Positions 1-8,868 of a stretch of DNA of 24,000 nucleotides are shown here, one piece after another. Source of the stretch: Ahniellaceae bacterium (GTDB taxonomy: Bacteria > Pseudomonadota > Gammaproteobacteria > Xanthomonadales > Ahniellaceae); NCBI GenBank assembly GCA_044221335.1, contig JBGAPI010000043.1, forward strand, positions 5,333 through 29,332, written 5' to 3'. A program made the position numbers and the translations under genes. How positions within the stretch are numbered: the first letter of the stretch is position 1; each line of letters starts with the position of its first letter. The notes beneath the pieces are model-generated. The model did not search any database, had not been told where the DNA came from, and saw nothing but the letters and a program-made list of their open reading frames with translations.

Positions 1-122
1 TCGTACTCCGCGAACTCGCGGTCGATGCTGCTCTTGCCGATCCACAGCGCGAACAGCATCGCGGCCGCGATCACGACGAGCGCGAAGGTTCCGATCAGTA
101 CGTGGTTGGCTCGGGTTTCCAT
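1..122 (-). CDS. MCE/MlaD-family lipid-binding protein, N-terminal fragment (continues beyond the window start)
   Basis: The reverse complement of 1-122 starts with ATG at 122-120 and reads METRANHVLIGTFALVVIAAAMLFALWIGKSSIDREFAEY. This is a short N-terminus plus a single TM anchor, as in MlaD/MCE proteins. It begins 16 nt downstream of the ATPase stop. It is absent from the ORF track because the window edge truncates it. Confidence 0.6.
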   Translation of the reverse strand, partial: METRANHVLIGTFALVVIAAAMLFALWIGKSSIDREFAEY

Positions 123-138
123 GGGATGTCCTTTCGTC

Positions 139-924
139 TCAGACCGCGTGTGCCGCGGTGACTCGCGCCGCGCGCGCCCGCGGCCCGTGGAAGTATTCGC
201 GGATCCAGGGATGGTCGTAGCGCTCGACCTCGGCCATCGGCGCGCAGACCAGCACCTTCCGGTCGGCGAGCACGGCGATGCGGTCGCAGATCGCGTAGAG
301 GCTGTCGAGGTCGTGGGTGACCAGGAACACGGTGAGCCCGAGCGCGCGCTGCAGCGTCAGGATCAGTTCGTCGAAGGCCGCCGCGCCGATCGGGTCGAGA
401 CCGGCCGTGGGCTCGTCGAGGAACAGCACCTCGGGATCGAGCGCCAGCGCGCGCGCCAGTCCGGCGCGCTTCTTCATGCCGCCGGAAAGCTGGCTCGGGT
501 ACTTGTGCGCCGCGTCGGTCGGCAGTCCGACCAGGCGCAGCTTCAGCATGACGATCTCGTCGAGCAGCGCCGGCGGCAGCCGGAAGAACTCCACCAGCGG
601 CACCTTGATGTTCTCCGCCACGGTCAGCGAGGAAAACAGCGCGCCATCCTGGAACAGCAGGCCGAAACGGCGCTCGAAGGGCTTGCGCTCGACCTCCGGC
701 AGCCGCGCGAGATCGGCACCGAACAGCAGCGCCTGGCCGCGGTCCGGTCGCTTGAGACCGATCACCGTGCGCAGCAGCACCGACTTGCCGGTGCCGGAGC
801 CGCCGATCACGCCGACCACCTCGCCGCGCCGGACGTCCAGGTCGAGGTGATCGTGCACGACCTGCGGACCGAAGGCGTTGCGCAGATCGCGGATCGAGAT
901 GATCGGGTCGGTCGCGGCGTTCAG
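139..924 (-). CDS. MlaF-like ABC transporter ATP-binding protein
   Basis: Lies in track ORF 139..1155(-). It has Walker A GGSGTGKS, ABC signature LSGGMKKRAGLARAL, Walker B VLFLDEPTAGLD and an H-loop THD. The conserved region starts at DPIISIRDL. The upstream part of the ORF is Arg-rich shadow overlapping the permease gene. I placed the start provisionally at CTG 924-922 (see findings); the stop is secure. Confidence 0.85.
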   Translation of the reverse strand: MNAATDPIISIRDLRNAFGPQVVHDHLDLDVRRGEVVGVIGGSGTGKSVLLRTVIGLKRPDRGQALLFGADLARLPEVERKPFERRFGLLFQDGALFSSLTVAENIKVPLVEFFRLPPALLDEIVMLKLRLVGLPTDAAHKYPSQLSGGMKKRAGLARALALDPEVLFLDEPTAGLDPIGAAAFDELILTLQRALGLTVFLVTHDLDSLYAICDRIAVLADRKVLVCAPMAEVERYDHPWIREYFHGPRARAARVTAAHAV

Positions 925-2069
925 AGGTCGAGCTCCATGAAGAAGATCGCGAACAGCGCGTCGAACAGGATGACGAGGAAGATCGCCTGCACCACCGCCG
1001 AGGTGGTGTGGCGGCCGACCGATTCGGCGCTGCCCTCGACCTTCAGGCCCTCGAGACAGCCGACCACGGCGATCACGAACGCGAAGACCGGCGCCTTCGA
1101 CAGGCCCACCCAGAAGTGGTGCAGTTCGGTGGTCTCCTGCATCCGGCCGAGCCACATTGCGGGCGAGATGTCGAGCGCGTTCATCCCCACCAGGCCTCCG
1201 CCGACGATGCCGGCCGCGACCGCGATGAAATACAGGATCGGCAGCATCGTCACCAGCGCGACCAGGCGCGGGATCACCAGGAGCTCGACCGCGTCGAGGC
1301 CGAGCGCGCGGATCGCATCGACTTCCTCGCGGCTCTTCATCGAGCCGATCTGCGCGGTGAACGCGCTGCCGGAGCGACCGGCGAGCAGGATCGCGGTCAT
1401 CAGCACGCCGAACTCGCGCAGGAAGGACAGCGTGACCAGCTCGACGGTGAAGATCGCCGCTCCGAAGTCCGCCAGTACGGTCGCGCCGAGGAAGGCGACC
1501 ACCGCGCCGATCAGGAAGGACAGCAGCGCGACGATCGGAACCGCGTCGAGGCCGGTCTGCTCCATGTGGAAGACGGTGGCGGTGAGCCTCAGCTTGCGCC
1601 GACCGATCAGCACCTGCCCGAGCGTCGCCAGCACCAGGCCGACGAAGCCGATCAGGTCCCTGCTCTGGTGGCCGAGGTGTTCCAACGTCAGGCCGATCCG
1701 GGCGACCAGATCGGACAGGCCGCGCGGCTTCGAGGCGCTCGGCAAGGCCGCCATCGGCTTGCCGTCGACCAGCTTCAGCAGGGCGAGCTTGCCGGCGTCG
1801 AGGCCGGCGCCCTGCCAGGCGGCCTCGTCGAGGCCGCAGGAACGCGCGGCCTTCAGCAGCAGCAGCGCACCCGTGGTGTCGAGGGCTTCCACGCCGGCGG
1901 CGTCGAGCCCGACCGCGCCGCCGCCGAGGCGATCGATCCGGGGCGCGATCCGCGCTGCCTCGGCCAGCGTCCAGCGCCCGGCCAGCACCAGGCGCACGCC
2001 GCCCTCGCGTTCCTGGCGCAGCTCGACGATCGGGGAATTCGCGTCGTCCATCATCCGGCGATCGGACAC
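921..2069 (-). CDS. MlaE-family ABC transporter permease with an N-terminal STAS-like domain
   Basis: 382-aa ORF. The C-terminal ~250 aa are multi-TM with the MlaE-type motif LLAGRSGSAFTAQIGSMKSREEVDAIRALGLD. The N-terminal ~120 aa (PIVELRQEREGGVRLVLAGRWTLAEA...VEALDTTGALLLLKAAR) look like a STAS/anti-sigma-antagonist fold. The track start at 2069 is GTG; ATG codons at 2054 and 2051 are alternatives. Confidence 0.85.
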   Translation of the reverse strand: MSDRRMMDDANSPIVELRQEREGGVRLVLAGRWTLAEAARIAPRIDRLGGGAVGLDAAGVEALDTTGALLLLKAARSCGLDEAAWQGAGLDAGKLALLKLVDGKPMAALPSASKPRGLSDLVARIGLTLEHLGHQSRDLIGFVGLVLATLGQVLIGRRKLRLTATVFHMEQTGLDAVPIVALLSFLIGAVVAFLGATVLADFGAAIFTVELVTLSFLREFGVLMTAILLAGRSGSAFTAQIGSMKSREEVDAIRALGLDAVELLVIPRLVALVTMLPILYFIAVAAGIVGGGLVGMNALDISPAMWLGRMQETTELHHFWVGLSKAPVFAFVIAVVGCLEGLKVEGSAESVGRHTTSAVVQAIFLVILFDALFAIFFMELDL

Positions 2070-2100
2070 CCGGACGGCTGAACCTTATCCGACCGGGGGT

Positions 2101-3324
2101 TCATGGCAGCAGCACGCGCGCGACGAAGCCCTTCAGATAGTCGGTCTCGGCGATCGCGGGCACCACCGGATGGTCCGGCGCCTGCTGCAGCTGAGCCAGG
2201 ATCTGCACCTGGCGGTCGAGATGGCGCGCGCCCTGGTTGATCGCTTCCAGCAGCGCACTGCGCGGCATGTGCCAGGAGCAGGAGCAGGAGACGAGAATTC
2301 CGTCGCGGCCGAGCAGCTGCATCGCCGCCTCGTTGATCCGGCGATAGGCGAGGCGGCCCTCGGCGAAGTCCTTGCGGCGCTTGACGAAGGCCGGCGGGTC
2401 GACGATCACCACGTCGAAGGTCTCGCGGCTCTGGCGCATCGACTTCAGTACCTCGAAGGCGTCGCCCTGCAGCGTCCGCACCCGTTCCGACAATCCGTTG
2501 CGGCGCGCGTTGGCCTCGATCGACGCCACCGCCTGCGCGGACACGTCGACGCAGGTCACCGCCTCCGCGCCGAAGGCCGCGGCGCGCAGTCCCCAGGCGC
2601 CGACGTAGCTGAACACATCGAGCACGCGGGCGCCGTCGACGTAGGGGCCGAGCAGGTCGCGGTTGGCGCGCTGATCGTAGAACCAGCCGGTCTTCTGGCC
2701 GTGGATCGGATCGACCTCGAAGGTCAGTCCGCCCTCCTCGGCCAGCACCGGCGCGTCGCCGAGCTCGCCGTGCACGACCTCGACGGTCTCCGGCAGCGCC
2801 TCGAGCTTGCGCACGTTGCCGGCGTTCTTCCAGACCAGCGCGCGCGGCTTCAGCACCTTCACCAGCGCGGCGGAGATCGCGTCGCGCATCTTCTCCATGC
2901 CGACGGTGCCGATCTGGCCGACCAGCACGTCGCCATAGCGATCGACGACGAGGCCGGGCAAGCCGTCGGACTCGCCGTAGACGAGGCGGTAGAACGGCCG
3001 GTCGTAGAGCCGCTCGCGCAGGCCCAGCGCGACCTTCAGCCGGTGCACGATCAGCGACTGGTCGAAGGCATGGCGCAGCCCACGCCCGACCAGGCGCGCC
3101 GCGATCAGCGCGTTCGGGTTGACGTAGGCGAGGCCGATCGGCTTGTCGGCGTGGTCGACCACGACCGCGTGATCGCCCGGATGGAAGGCGGTCAGCGGGG
3201 TCTTGCGGATGTCGATCTCGTTGGAGAACACCCAGCAGTGGCCGGCGCGCAGACGGGCGTCCTCGCCCTTCTTCAGCGCCAGGGCCGGATATTCGATGGC
3301 GGCTTCTTCGGTGGTTTCGGTCAT
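2101..3324 (-). CDS. rlmI: 23S rRNA (cytosine-C5) methyltransferase RlmI-like, class I SAM-dependent
   Basis: Lies in track ORF 2101..3573(-). From ATG 3324 (MTETTEEAAIEYPALALKKGEDARLRAGHCWVF...) the protein is collinear with E. coli RlmI as I recall it: ESDGLPGLVVDRYG, HGQKTGWFYDQR, VLDVFSYVGAWG, FDVVIVDPPAF, SCSCS, DHPV, YLKG. The part upstream of 3324 has no homology logic. Confidence 0.85.
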   Translation of the reverse strand: MTETTEEAAIEYPALALKKGEDARLRAGHCWVFSNEIDIRKTPLTAFHPGDHAVVVDHADKPIGLAYVNPNALIAARLVGRGLRHAFDQSLIVHRLKVALGLRERLYDRPFYRLVYGESDGLPGLVVDRYGDVLVGQIGTVGMEKMRDAISAALVKVLKPRALVWKNAGNVRKLEALPETVEVVHGELGDAPVLAEEGGLTFEVDPIHGQKTGWFYDQRANRDLLGPYVDGARVLDVFSYVGAWGLRAAAFGAEAVTCVDVSAQAVASIEANARRNGLSERVRTLQGDAFEVLKSMRQSRETFDVVIVDPPAFVKRRKDFAEGRLAYRRINEAAMQLLGRDGILVSCSCSWHMPRSALLEAINQGARHLDRQVQILAQLQQAPDHPVVPAIAETDYLKGFVARVLLP

Positions 3325-3587
3325 CCGTGCAATGTAGCGGATCGCTCCGAGCTGCTGGCGGCTGCCGATGGCGGCGTCCCGGTTGTCGGCCCGCCCGCAG
3401 CACGGGTTCGGCGGATTCCACCCGGATGGGGCGGTCCGGGGTGAATCCCGGCTGTCCGGGAATCCGCCCGAAGGTCGAAAACGTGACAAAGGTTGTTGTA
3501 TCCGGCCGGTTCTGGCGTCAGAGTGCCGTCCGATCCGCCGCGCCGGGGGCGTGGCGACCTTCCACCAATCCACAACGAGGGTGTGTC

Positions 3588-3800
3588 ATGCCGGGACCGA
3601 TGGGTAAGAACGAGTTCGAGGCCTTGTCGTCGCTGTCGCGCGATCCGAAGACCGCCAGCAGCATGGACGAGGGCACGATGAAGTCGCTGACGCGCGGCGG
3701 CATGGTGCGCGAACGTCCGGGCAAGGTCGAGCTGACCCCACGCGGCCGCATGACCATCGCTCGTCGCGAGTCGGTACGCCGCAGCGGCCCGCGCCGCTAG
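3588..3800 (+). CDS. small hypothetical protein (70 aa), possible mini winged-helix
   Basis: Internal ATG of track ORF 3327..3800(+), with GAGGG 8 nt upstream. By hand count about 62 of 70 codons end in G or C, which matches the coding bias of the neighbouring genes. The translation is MPGPMGKNEFEALSSLSRDPKTASSMDEGTMKSLTRGGMVRERPGKVELTPRGRMTIARRESVRRSGPRR. A hairpin follows the stop directly. I recognise no family. Confidence 0.5.
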   Translation: MPGPMGKNEFEALSSLSRDPKTASSMDEGTMKSLTRGGMVRERPGKVELTPRGRMTIARRESVRRSGPRR

Positions 3801-3806
3801 TCGTTG

Positions 3807-3861
3807 GGCGGGCACTGCCCGCCATCGCGACGCGTCTCGGCAAAGGCGGGCAATGCCCGCC
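3807..3861. repeat. two direct copies of a 17-nt hairpin unit GGCGGGC-AnT-GCCCGCC (REP-like)
   Basis: 3807-3823 is GGCGGGCACTGCCCGCC and 3845-3861 is GGCGGGCAATGCCCGCC. Each is a perfect 7-bp GC stem with a 3-nt loop. They lie in the convergent gap between the small ORF and atpC. Confidence 0.55.
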
Positions 3862-3866
3862 CCACG

Positions 3867-3893
3867 AAAAAGCCCCGCATCGCGGGGCTTTTC
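3867..3893. terminator. bidirectional intrinsic terminator (end of the atp operon and of the small plus-strand ORF)
   Basis: AAAAAGCCCCGC-ATC-GCGGGGCTTTT. It has a perfect 8-bp stem, a T-run on the plus strand and TTTTT on the minus strand. It lies about 30 nt downstream of the atpC stop. Confidence 0.75.
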
Positions 3894-3922
3894 CGTGGGA
3901 TCGATCGCGCAGCGCGCGATCC

Positions 3923-4342
3923 TCAGTGGCGGATCTTGCGCAGCTTCTCGATCAGCTGCACCTGCGCCGCCAGCTGGGCCAGCTCGGCCTGGGCCTTCGC
4001 GATTTCCAGGGCATCGGTGCGGTTGGCGATCGTGCGCTGCGCCTCCTCCATCGCCTTCTTCGCCGCGGCCTCGTCGAGGTCGTCGGCGCGAATCGCGGTG
4101 TCGGCGAGGACCGACACTACCTGCGGCTGCACCTCGAGGATGCCGCCGGAGACGAAGAAGGTCTGCTCCTGGCCGCCGTCGGTGACGACGCGGACCTGGC
4201 CCGGCTTCAGCCGAGTGATCAGCGGCGCGTGGCGCGGCGCGATGCCGAGCTCGCCCATCTCGCCGGTGGCGACCACCAGGGTGGCGTTGCCGCGGAAGAT
4301 CTCGGCTTCGGCGCTGACGATGTCGACGCGGATCGTGCTCAT
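3923..4342 (-). CDS. atpC: F1 ATP synthase subunit epsilon
   Basis: 139-aa ORF reading [18 protein letters not shown]...GGILEVQP, with the typical epsilon N-terminal beta-sandwich and C-terminal helices. It is the last gene of the atp operon. ATG start verified. Confidence 0.95.
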   Translation of the reverse strand: MSTIRVDIVSAEAEIFRGNATLVVATGEMGELGIAPRHAPLITRLKPGQVRVVTDGGQEQTFFVSGGILEVQPQVVSVLADTAIRADDLDEAAAKKAMEEAQRTIANRTDALEIAKAQAELAQLAAQVQLIEKLRKIRH

Positions 4343-4378
4343 GGATTGTCTCGCTGTTGAGTGGGGAAGAAGGACGCC

Positions 4379-5800
<1,422 letters not shown>

Positions 5801-5852
5801 CTAAACGAAACTGGTTTCGCGGCGACACGCGCACGCGGTGACATCAACAATC

Positions 5853-6140
5853 CTACGACTCGCACCCGGTCATCTTCGCCAGATCCCCGACCGTCTTGTC
5901 GGCCTCGCGGCAGGCCTCGGCCGACTGCAGGAACCTGGGATCGTCGAACGAGATCTCGAACTTGCCGTTCTTCACGTTGGCCTTGCACGCCGCGATGCGC
6001 TTCTGCAGCGCCGCGCACTCCGGCGGCATCGCCGAATTGCCAGCCGCCTTCGGCGTGCCGGACGACGTTCCGCCGCAACCGACCAGCGCCAGCGCGACGA
6101 GCGCGGCGGCAAGGACGGAGAGGGCGGACCGATTCGTCAT
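5853..6140 (-). CDS. small Cys-rich lipoprotein of unknown function, inside the atp operon
   Basis: 95-aa ORF with ATG verified at 6140. The signal peptide MTNRSALSVLAAALVALALVGC carries the lipobox L-V-G-C. Hand reading shows consistently G/C-ending codons. The mature part has four further Cys (C42, C52, C77, C93). It shares the atpG/atpD strand, with 51-nt and 61-nt gaps to them. Confidence 0.7.
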   Translation of the reverse strand: MTNRSALSVLAAALVALALVGCGGTSSGTPKAAGNSAMPPECAALQKRIAACKANVKNGKFEISFDDPRFLQSAEACREADKTVGDLAKMTGCES

Positions 6141-6191
6141 CGTGGATTGCTCTTCAAGTTCACACTGCTCTGCACAAGGCGGTGGCGGTCG

Positions 6192-7055
6192 TCAGACCGC
6201 CGCTGCCCCGCCGACGATCTCAGAGATTTCCTGGGTGATCGCGGCCTGGCGGGCCTTGTTGTAGATCAGCTGCAGCGTGCCGATCAGCTTGGTCGCGTTG
6301 TCCGACGCCGCCTTCATCGCGACCATGCGGGCCGCGTGTTCGGAAGCGAGGTTCTCCAGCGCGCCCTGGTAGACCAGCGACTCGACGTAGCGGGTCAGCA
6401 CGTGGTCGAGCACTTCCTGCGCGCCCGGCTCGTACAGGTAGTCCCAGTCGTGGCGGGTCTCGAGCTCGCTCGACGGCGGCAGCGGCAGCAGCAGGTCGAT
6501 GGTCGCCTTCTGGGTCATCGTGTTGACGAAGTCGTTGTACGACAGCATCACCCGGTCGACCTTGCCGGCCTCGTAGTTGTCCAGCATCACCTTGATCACG
6601 CCGACCAGCTGGGTGATCTGCGGATTCTCGCCGAGGTGGGTGACCGAGCCGACCAGGTTCACCTTCACCCGCTTGAAGAAGGCGTTGGCCTTCGAGCCGA
6701 TGGTGACGACGTCGATCTCGACGCCCTTCTCCTGCCAGGCGCGCATGTCGGCCATCAGGCGGCGGAACAGCACCGTGTTGAGGCCGCCGCAGAGGCCGCG
6801 GTCGGTCGAGATCACCACGTAGCCGACCCGCTTCACGTCCGGGCGAGTGACCAGGAACGGGTGCTTGTATTCGGTGTTGGCCTTGGCGATGTGGCCGATC
6901 ATCTGGCGCATCAGGCGCGCGTAGGGCCGCGACGCCTTCATCTTGTCCTGCGCCTTGCGGATCTTCGACGCCGAGACCATCTCGAGCGCGCGCGTCACCT
7001 TGCGGGTGTTCTGCACGCTCTTGATCTTGGTGCGGATTTCCTTCGTACCTGCCAT
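6192..7055 (-). CDS. atpG: F1 ATP synthase subunit gamma
   Basis: 287-aa ORF reading [36 protein letters not shown]...[15 protein letters not shown], with canonical gamma termini. Confidence 0.95.
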   Translation of the reverse strand: MAGTKEIRTKIKSVQNTRKVTRALEMVSASKIRKAQDKMKASRPYARLMRQMIGHIAKANTEYKHPFLVTRPDVKRVGYVVISTDRGLCGGLNTVLFRRLMADMRAWQEKGVEIDVVTIGSKANAFFKRVKVNLVGSVTHLGENPQITQLVGVIKVMLDNYEAGKVDRVMLSYNDFVNTMTQKATIDLLLPLPPSSELETRHDWDYLYEPGAQEVLDHVLTRYVESLVYQGALENLASEHAARMVAMKAASDNATKLIGTLQLIYNKARQAAITQEISEIVGGAAAV

Positions 7056-7066
7056 GTCGTTCGTCC

Positions 7067-7126
7067 GTAGAGCGGACCTTGGTCCGCCGTCTTTCGGTCA
7101 GCGGGCGGACCAAGGTCCGCCCCCAC
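7067..7126. repeat. head-to-head pair of REP-like palindromic units (GTAG-type)
   Basis: GTAGAGCGGACCTTGGTCCGCC begins at 7067. The second unit reads GTGGGGGCGGACCTTGGTCCGCCC on the opposite strand (7103-7126). The 17-mers at 7072-7088 and 7104-7120 are exact reverse complements. Each also folds alone as GCGGACC-NN-GGTCCGC. Confidence 0.6.
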
Positions 7127-7128
7127 AA

Positions 7129-8676
7129 TCACCAGCTGCCGGTCTTCTTGAACTCGGCGATCGACGACTTGAACACGCCCTCGATCTTGGCATCCCAGTT
7201 GCCGGTCGAGACGATCTCGTCCATCAGCGCCTTCTGGTTGCTGCGCATGAACTCGTGCAGGCCCTTCTCGAACGACAGGATCTTGTTCAACGGCACGTCG
7301 TCGAGGAAGCCCTCGTTGGCGGCGTAGATCGACAGCGACATCTCGGCGATCGACATCGGCGCGTACTGCTTCTGCTTCATCAGCTCGGTGACGCGCTGGC
7401 CGCGCTCGAGCTGGGCGCGGGTGGCCGCGTCGAGGTCGGAGGCGAACTGCGCGAACGCGGCGAGCTCGCGGTACTGCGCGAGCGCCAGCTTCACGCCGCC
7501 GGACAGCTTCTTCACGATCTTGGTCTGGGCCGCGCCACCGACGCGCGACACCGAGATGCCCGGGTTCACGGCGGGACGGATGCCCGCGTTGAACAGGTCG
7601 GTCTCGAGGAAGATCTGGCCGTCGGTGATCGAGATCACGTTGGTCGGCACGAAGGCCGAGACGTCGCCAGCCTGGGTCTCGATGATCGGCAGCGCGGTGA
7701 GCGAGCCGGTCTTGCCCTTGACGGCGCCGTCGGTGAACTTCTCGACGTAGTCGGCGGAGACGCGCGCGGCGCGCTCCAGCAGGCGCGAGTGCAGGTAGAA
7801 GACGTCGCCCGGGTAGGCTTCGCGACCCGGCGGACGGCGCAGCAGCAGCGAGATCTGGCGGTAGGCCCAGGCCTGCTTGGTGAGATCGTCGTAGATGATC
7901 AGCGCGTCTTCGCCGCGGTCGCGGAAGTACTCGCCCATGGTGCAGCCGGAGTAGGGCGCGATGTACTGCATCGCGGCCGACTCGGAGGCGGCGGCGGCGA
8001 CGACGATGGTGTGGCCCATCGCGCCGTGCTCTTCCAGCTTGCGCACGACGTTGGCGATCGAGGAGGCCTTCTGGCCGATCGCCACGTAGATGCACTTAAT
8101 GCCGGTGCCCTTCTGGTTGATGATGGTGTCGATCGCGAGCGCGGTCTTGCCGGTCTGGCGGTCGCCGATCACGAGCTCGCGCTGGCCGCGGCCGATCGGG
8201 ATCATCGCGTCGACCGACTTGTAGCCGGTCTGCACCGGCTGGTCGACCGACTTGCGCCACACCACGCCCGGGGCGACCTTCTCGATCGGGGCGGTCTGCT
8301 TCGCGTTCAGCGGGCCCTTGCCGTCGATCGGGTTGCCGAGCGCGTCGACGACGCGGCCGAGCAGCTCCGGACCGGTCGGCACTTCGAGGATGCGGCCGGT
8401 GGTCTTGACGGTGTCGCCCTCGCGCAGGTGCTCGTAGTCGCCGAGGACGACGGCGCCGACCGAGTCGCGCTCCAGGTTCAGCGCCAGGGCAAAGGTGTTG
8501 CCCGGCATCTCGATCATTTCGCCGGACATCGCATCGGCGAGGCCGTGCACGCGGCAGATGCCGTCGGTGACCGAGACGATGGTGCCTTCGTTGCGGGCTT
8601 CCGCCTGGATCTTGAACTGCTCGATGCGGGAGCGGATCAGTTCGCTGATTTCGGAGGGATTGAGACTGGTAGCCAT
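7129..8676 (-). CDS. atpA: F1 ATP synthase subunit alpha
   Basis: 515-aa ORF with P-loop GDRQTGKT and alpha-subunit collinearity throughout. ATG verified. Confidence 0.97.
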   Translation of the reverse strand: MATSLNPSEISELIRSRIEQFKIQAEARNEGTIVSVTDGICRVHGLADAMSGEMIEMPGNTFALALNLERDSVGAVVLGDYEHLREGDTVKTTGRILEVPTGPELLGRVVDALGNPIDGKGPLNAKQTAPIEKVAPGVVWRKSVDQPVQTGYKSVDAMIPIGRGQRELVIGDRQTGKTALAIDTIINQKGTGIKCIYVAIGQKASSIANVVRKLEEHGAMGHTIVVAAAASESAAMQYIAPYSGCTMGEYFRDRGEDALIIYDDLTKQAWAYRQISLLLRRPPGREAYPGDVFYLHSRLLERAARVSADYVEKFTDGAVKGKTGSLTALPIIETQAGDVSAFVPTNVISITDGQIFLETDLFNAGIRPAVNPGISVSRVGGAAQTKIVKKLSGGVKLALAQYRELAAFAQFASDLDAATRAQLERGQRVTELMKQKQYAPMSIAEMSLSIYAANEGFLDDVPLNKILSFEKGLHEFMRSNQKALMDEIVSTGNWDAKIEGVFKSSIAEFKKTGSW

Positions 8677-8733
8677 GTGCCGTTTTCCTTGGACAACGCC
8701 GCTTGCGCGAACGTGCGAGGTGAAATGAAAGCT

Positions 8734-8866
8734 GGGAATGGGGAATCGGGAATGGGGAATCGGAGAGCGTCGCCGCGCTTCAAATCCCCATGCCCAAGCT
8801 CCACTCCGGTCGACCGGGCGGGGCGTCGGGAAGCATCGGCCCCCGAATCCCCGTTTCCGATTTCCG
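8734..8866. repeat. about 133-bp imperfect palindromic element with GGGAAT/GGGGAAT repeats in the atpH-atpA spacer
   Basis: The left arm at 8734-8763 is GGGAATGGGGAATCGGGAATGGGGAATCGG, a tandem 15-mer. The right arm at 8840-8866 is CCCCGAATCCCCGTTTCCGATTTCCG, whose reverse complement matches the left arm at 19 of 23 positions by hand alignment. A perfect 12-bp palindrome CCGGTCGACCGG sits centrally at 8806-8817. Confidence 0.55.
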
Positions 8867-8868
8867 TC

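Noticed and set aside
25-3444. 1139-aa plus-strand ORF, the longest in the track.
   Set aside because: It runs antisense to three well-supported minus-strand genes (mlaF-like, mlaE-like, rlmI). Its translation is Arg/Ala/Gly-rich low-complexity sequence with no motifs. This is the classic stop-codon-poor shadow frame of high-GC DNA.
8734-8763. Tandem GGGAATGGGGAATCG repeats considered as a possible mini CRISPR array.
   Set aside because: There are only two contiguous 15-nt units with no spacers, and there are no cas genes in the window. It fits a foldback or REP-like element better.
8790-8846. 18-codon minus-strand reading frame ([18 protein letters not shown]) inside the atpH-atpA spacer, considered as a possible leader peptide.
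   Set aside because: It has no Shine-Dalgarno sequence, lies within the palindromic element, and is the tail of a long shadow ORF (8780..9532). Nothing distinguishes it from chance.
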